Positions 63,916 to 64,000 of a stretch of 64,000 nt of DNA are shown here, in pieces. The stretch comes from an uncultured Verrucomicrobiae bacterium. GTDB taxonomy: Bacteria > Verrucomicrobiota > Verrucomicrobiia > Limisphaerales > Palsa-1400. The DNA is taken from assembly GCA_963707025.1 (NCBI GenBank), contig CAVPOM010000014.1, forward strand, positions 224,001 to 288,000, given 5' to 3'. Within the stretch, counting starts at the first letter, position 1. The number at the start of each line of letters is the position of its first letter. The notes below the pieces were generated by a model. That model was given only the letters and a program-made list of their open reading frames with translations, was not told where the DNA came from and did not search any database. Made by a program: the position numbers and the translations under genes.

Positions 63916-63967
63916 GGGCGGATTCTTCCCGCAACAATGAGCGTCCGGTCCTTCCCCAAAAAGCGAT

Positions 63968-64000
63968 ATGGATTACCTGTCAAAGCTGGAAAATCAAAGC
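63968..64000 (+). CDS. cysD: Probable start of sulfate adenylyltransferase subunit 2 (truncated by window end)
   Basis: MDYLSKLENQS start and position after cysH. Confidence 0.55.
   Translation, partial: MDYLSKLENQS

Overview
GC-rich bacterial window, most likely from a Verrucomicrobiota (Pedosphaera/Limisphaerales-like) genome; this is inferred from gene style and repeat types. Most of it is housekeeping and metabolic DNA: a sugar-nucleotide cluster, ispF, an NtrC-type regulator, GH2 and GH116 hydrolases, ppdK, aroD, miaB, argJBDF, typA, rplU-rpmA-obg, atpBEFHAG without atpDC, an M16 protease, an ABC-F protein, cysI-cysH-cysD and three prepilin-like genes. Two things stand out. (1) A 3,017-bp cargo-carrying IS1-like element (19-bp perfect terminal inverted repeats, 8-bp target duplication) splits a Type IIG restriction-modification gene. 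Upstream of its transposase it carries a 70-nt tRNA-like structure with an alanine-type acceptor stem, a sigma70-like promoter and a 21-bp repeat array. (2) Three dispersed intergenic elements share a homologous promoter head and ordered short-repeat modules conserved as DNA but not as protein, and each is co-oriented upstream of a housekeeping gene. At least seven single-base frameshifts, including two in atpA, probably reflect sequencing or assembly errors. All calls come from manual reading of the sequence; no searches or folding programs were run.
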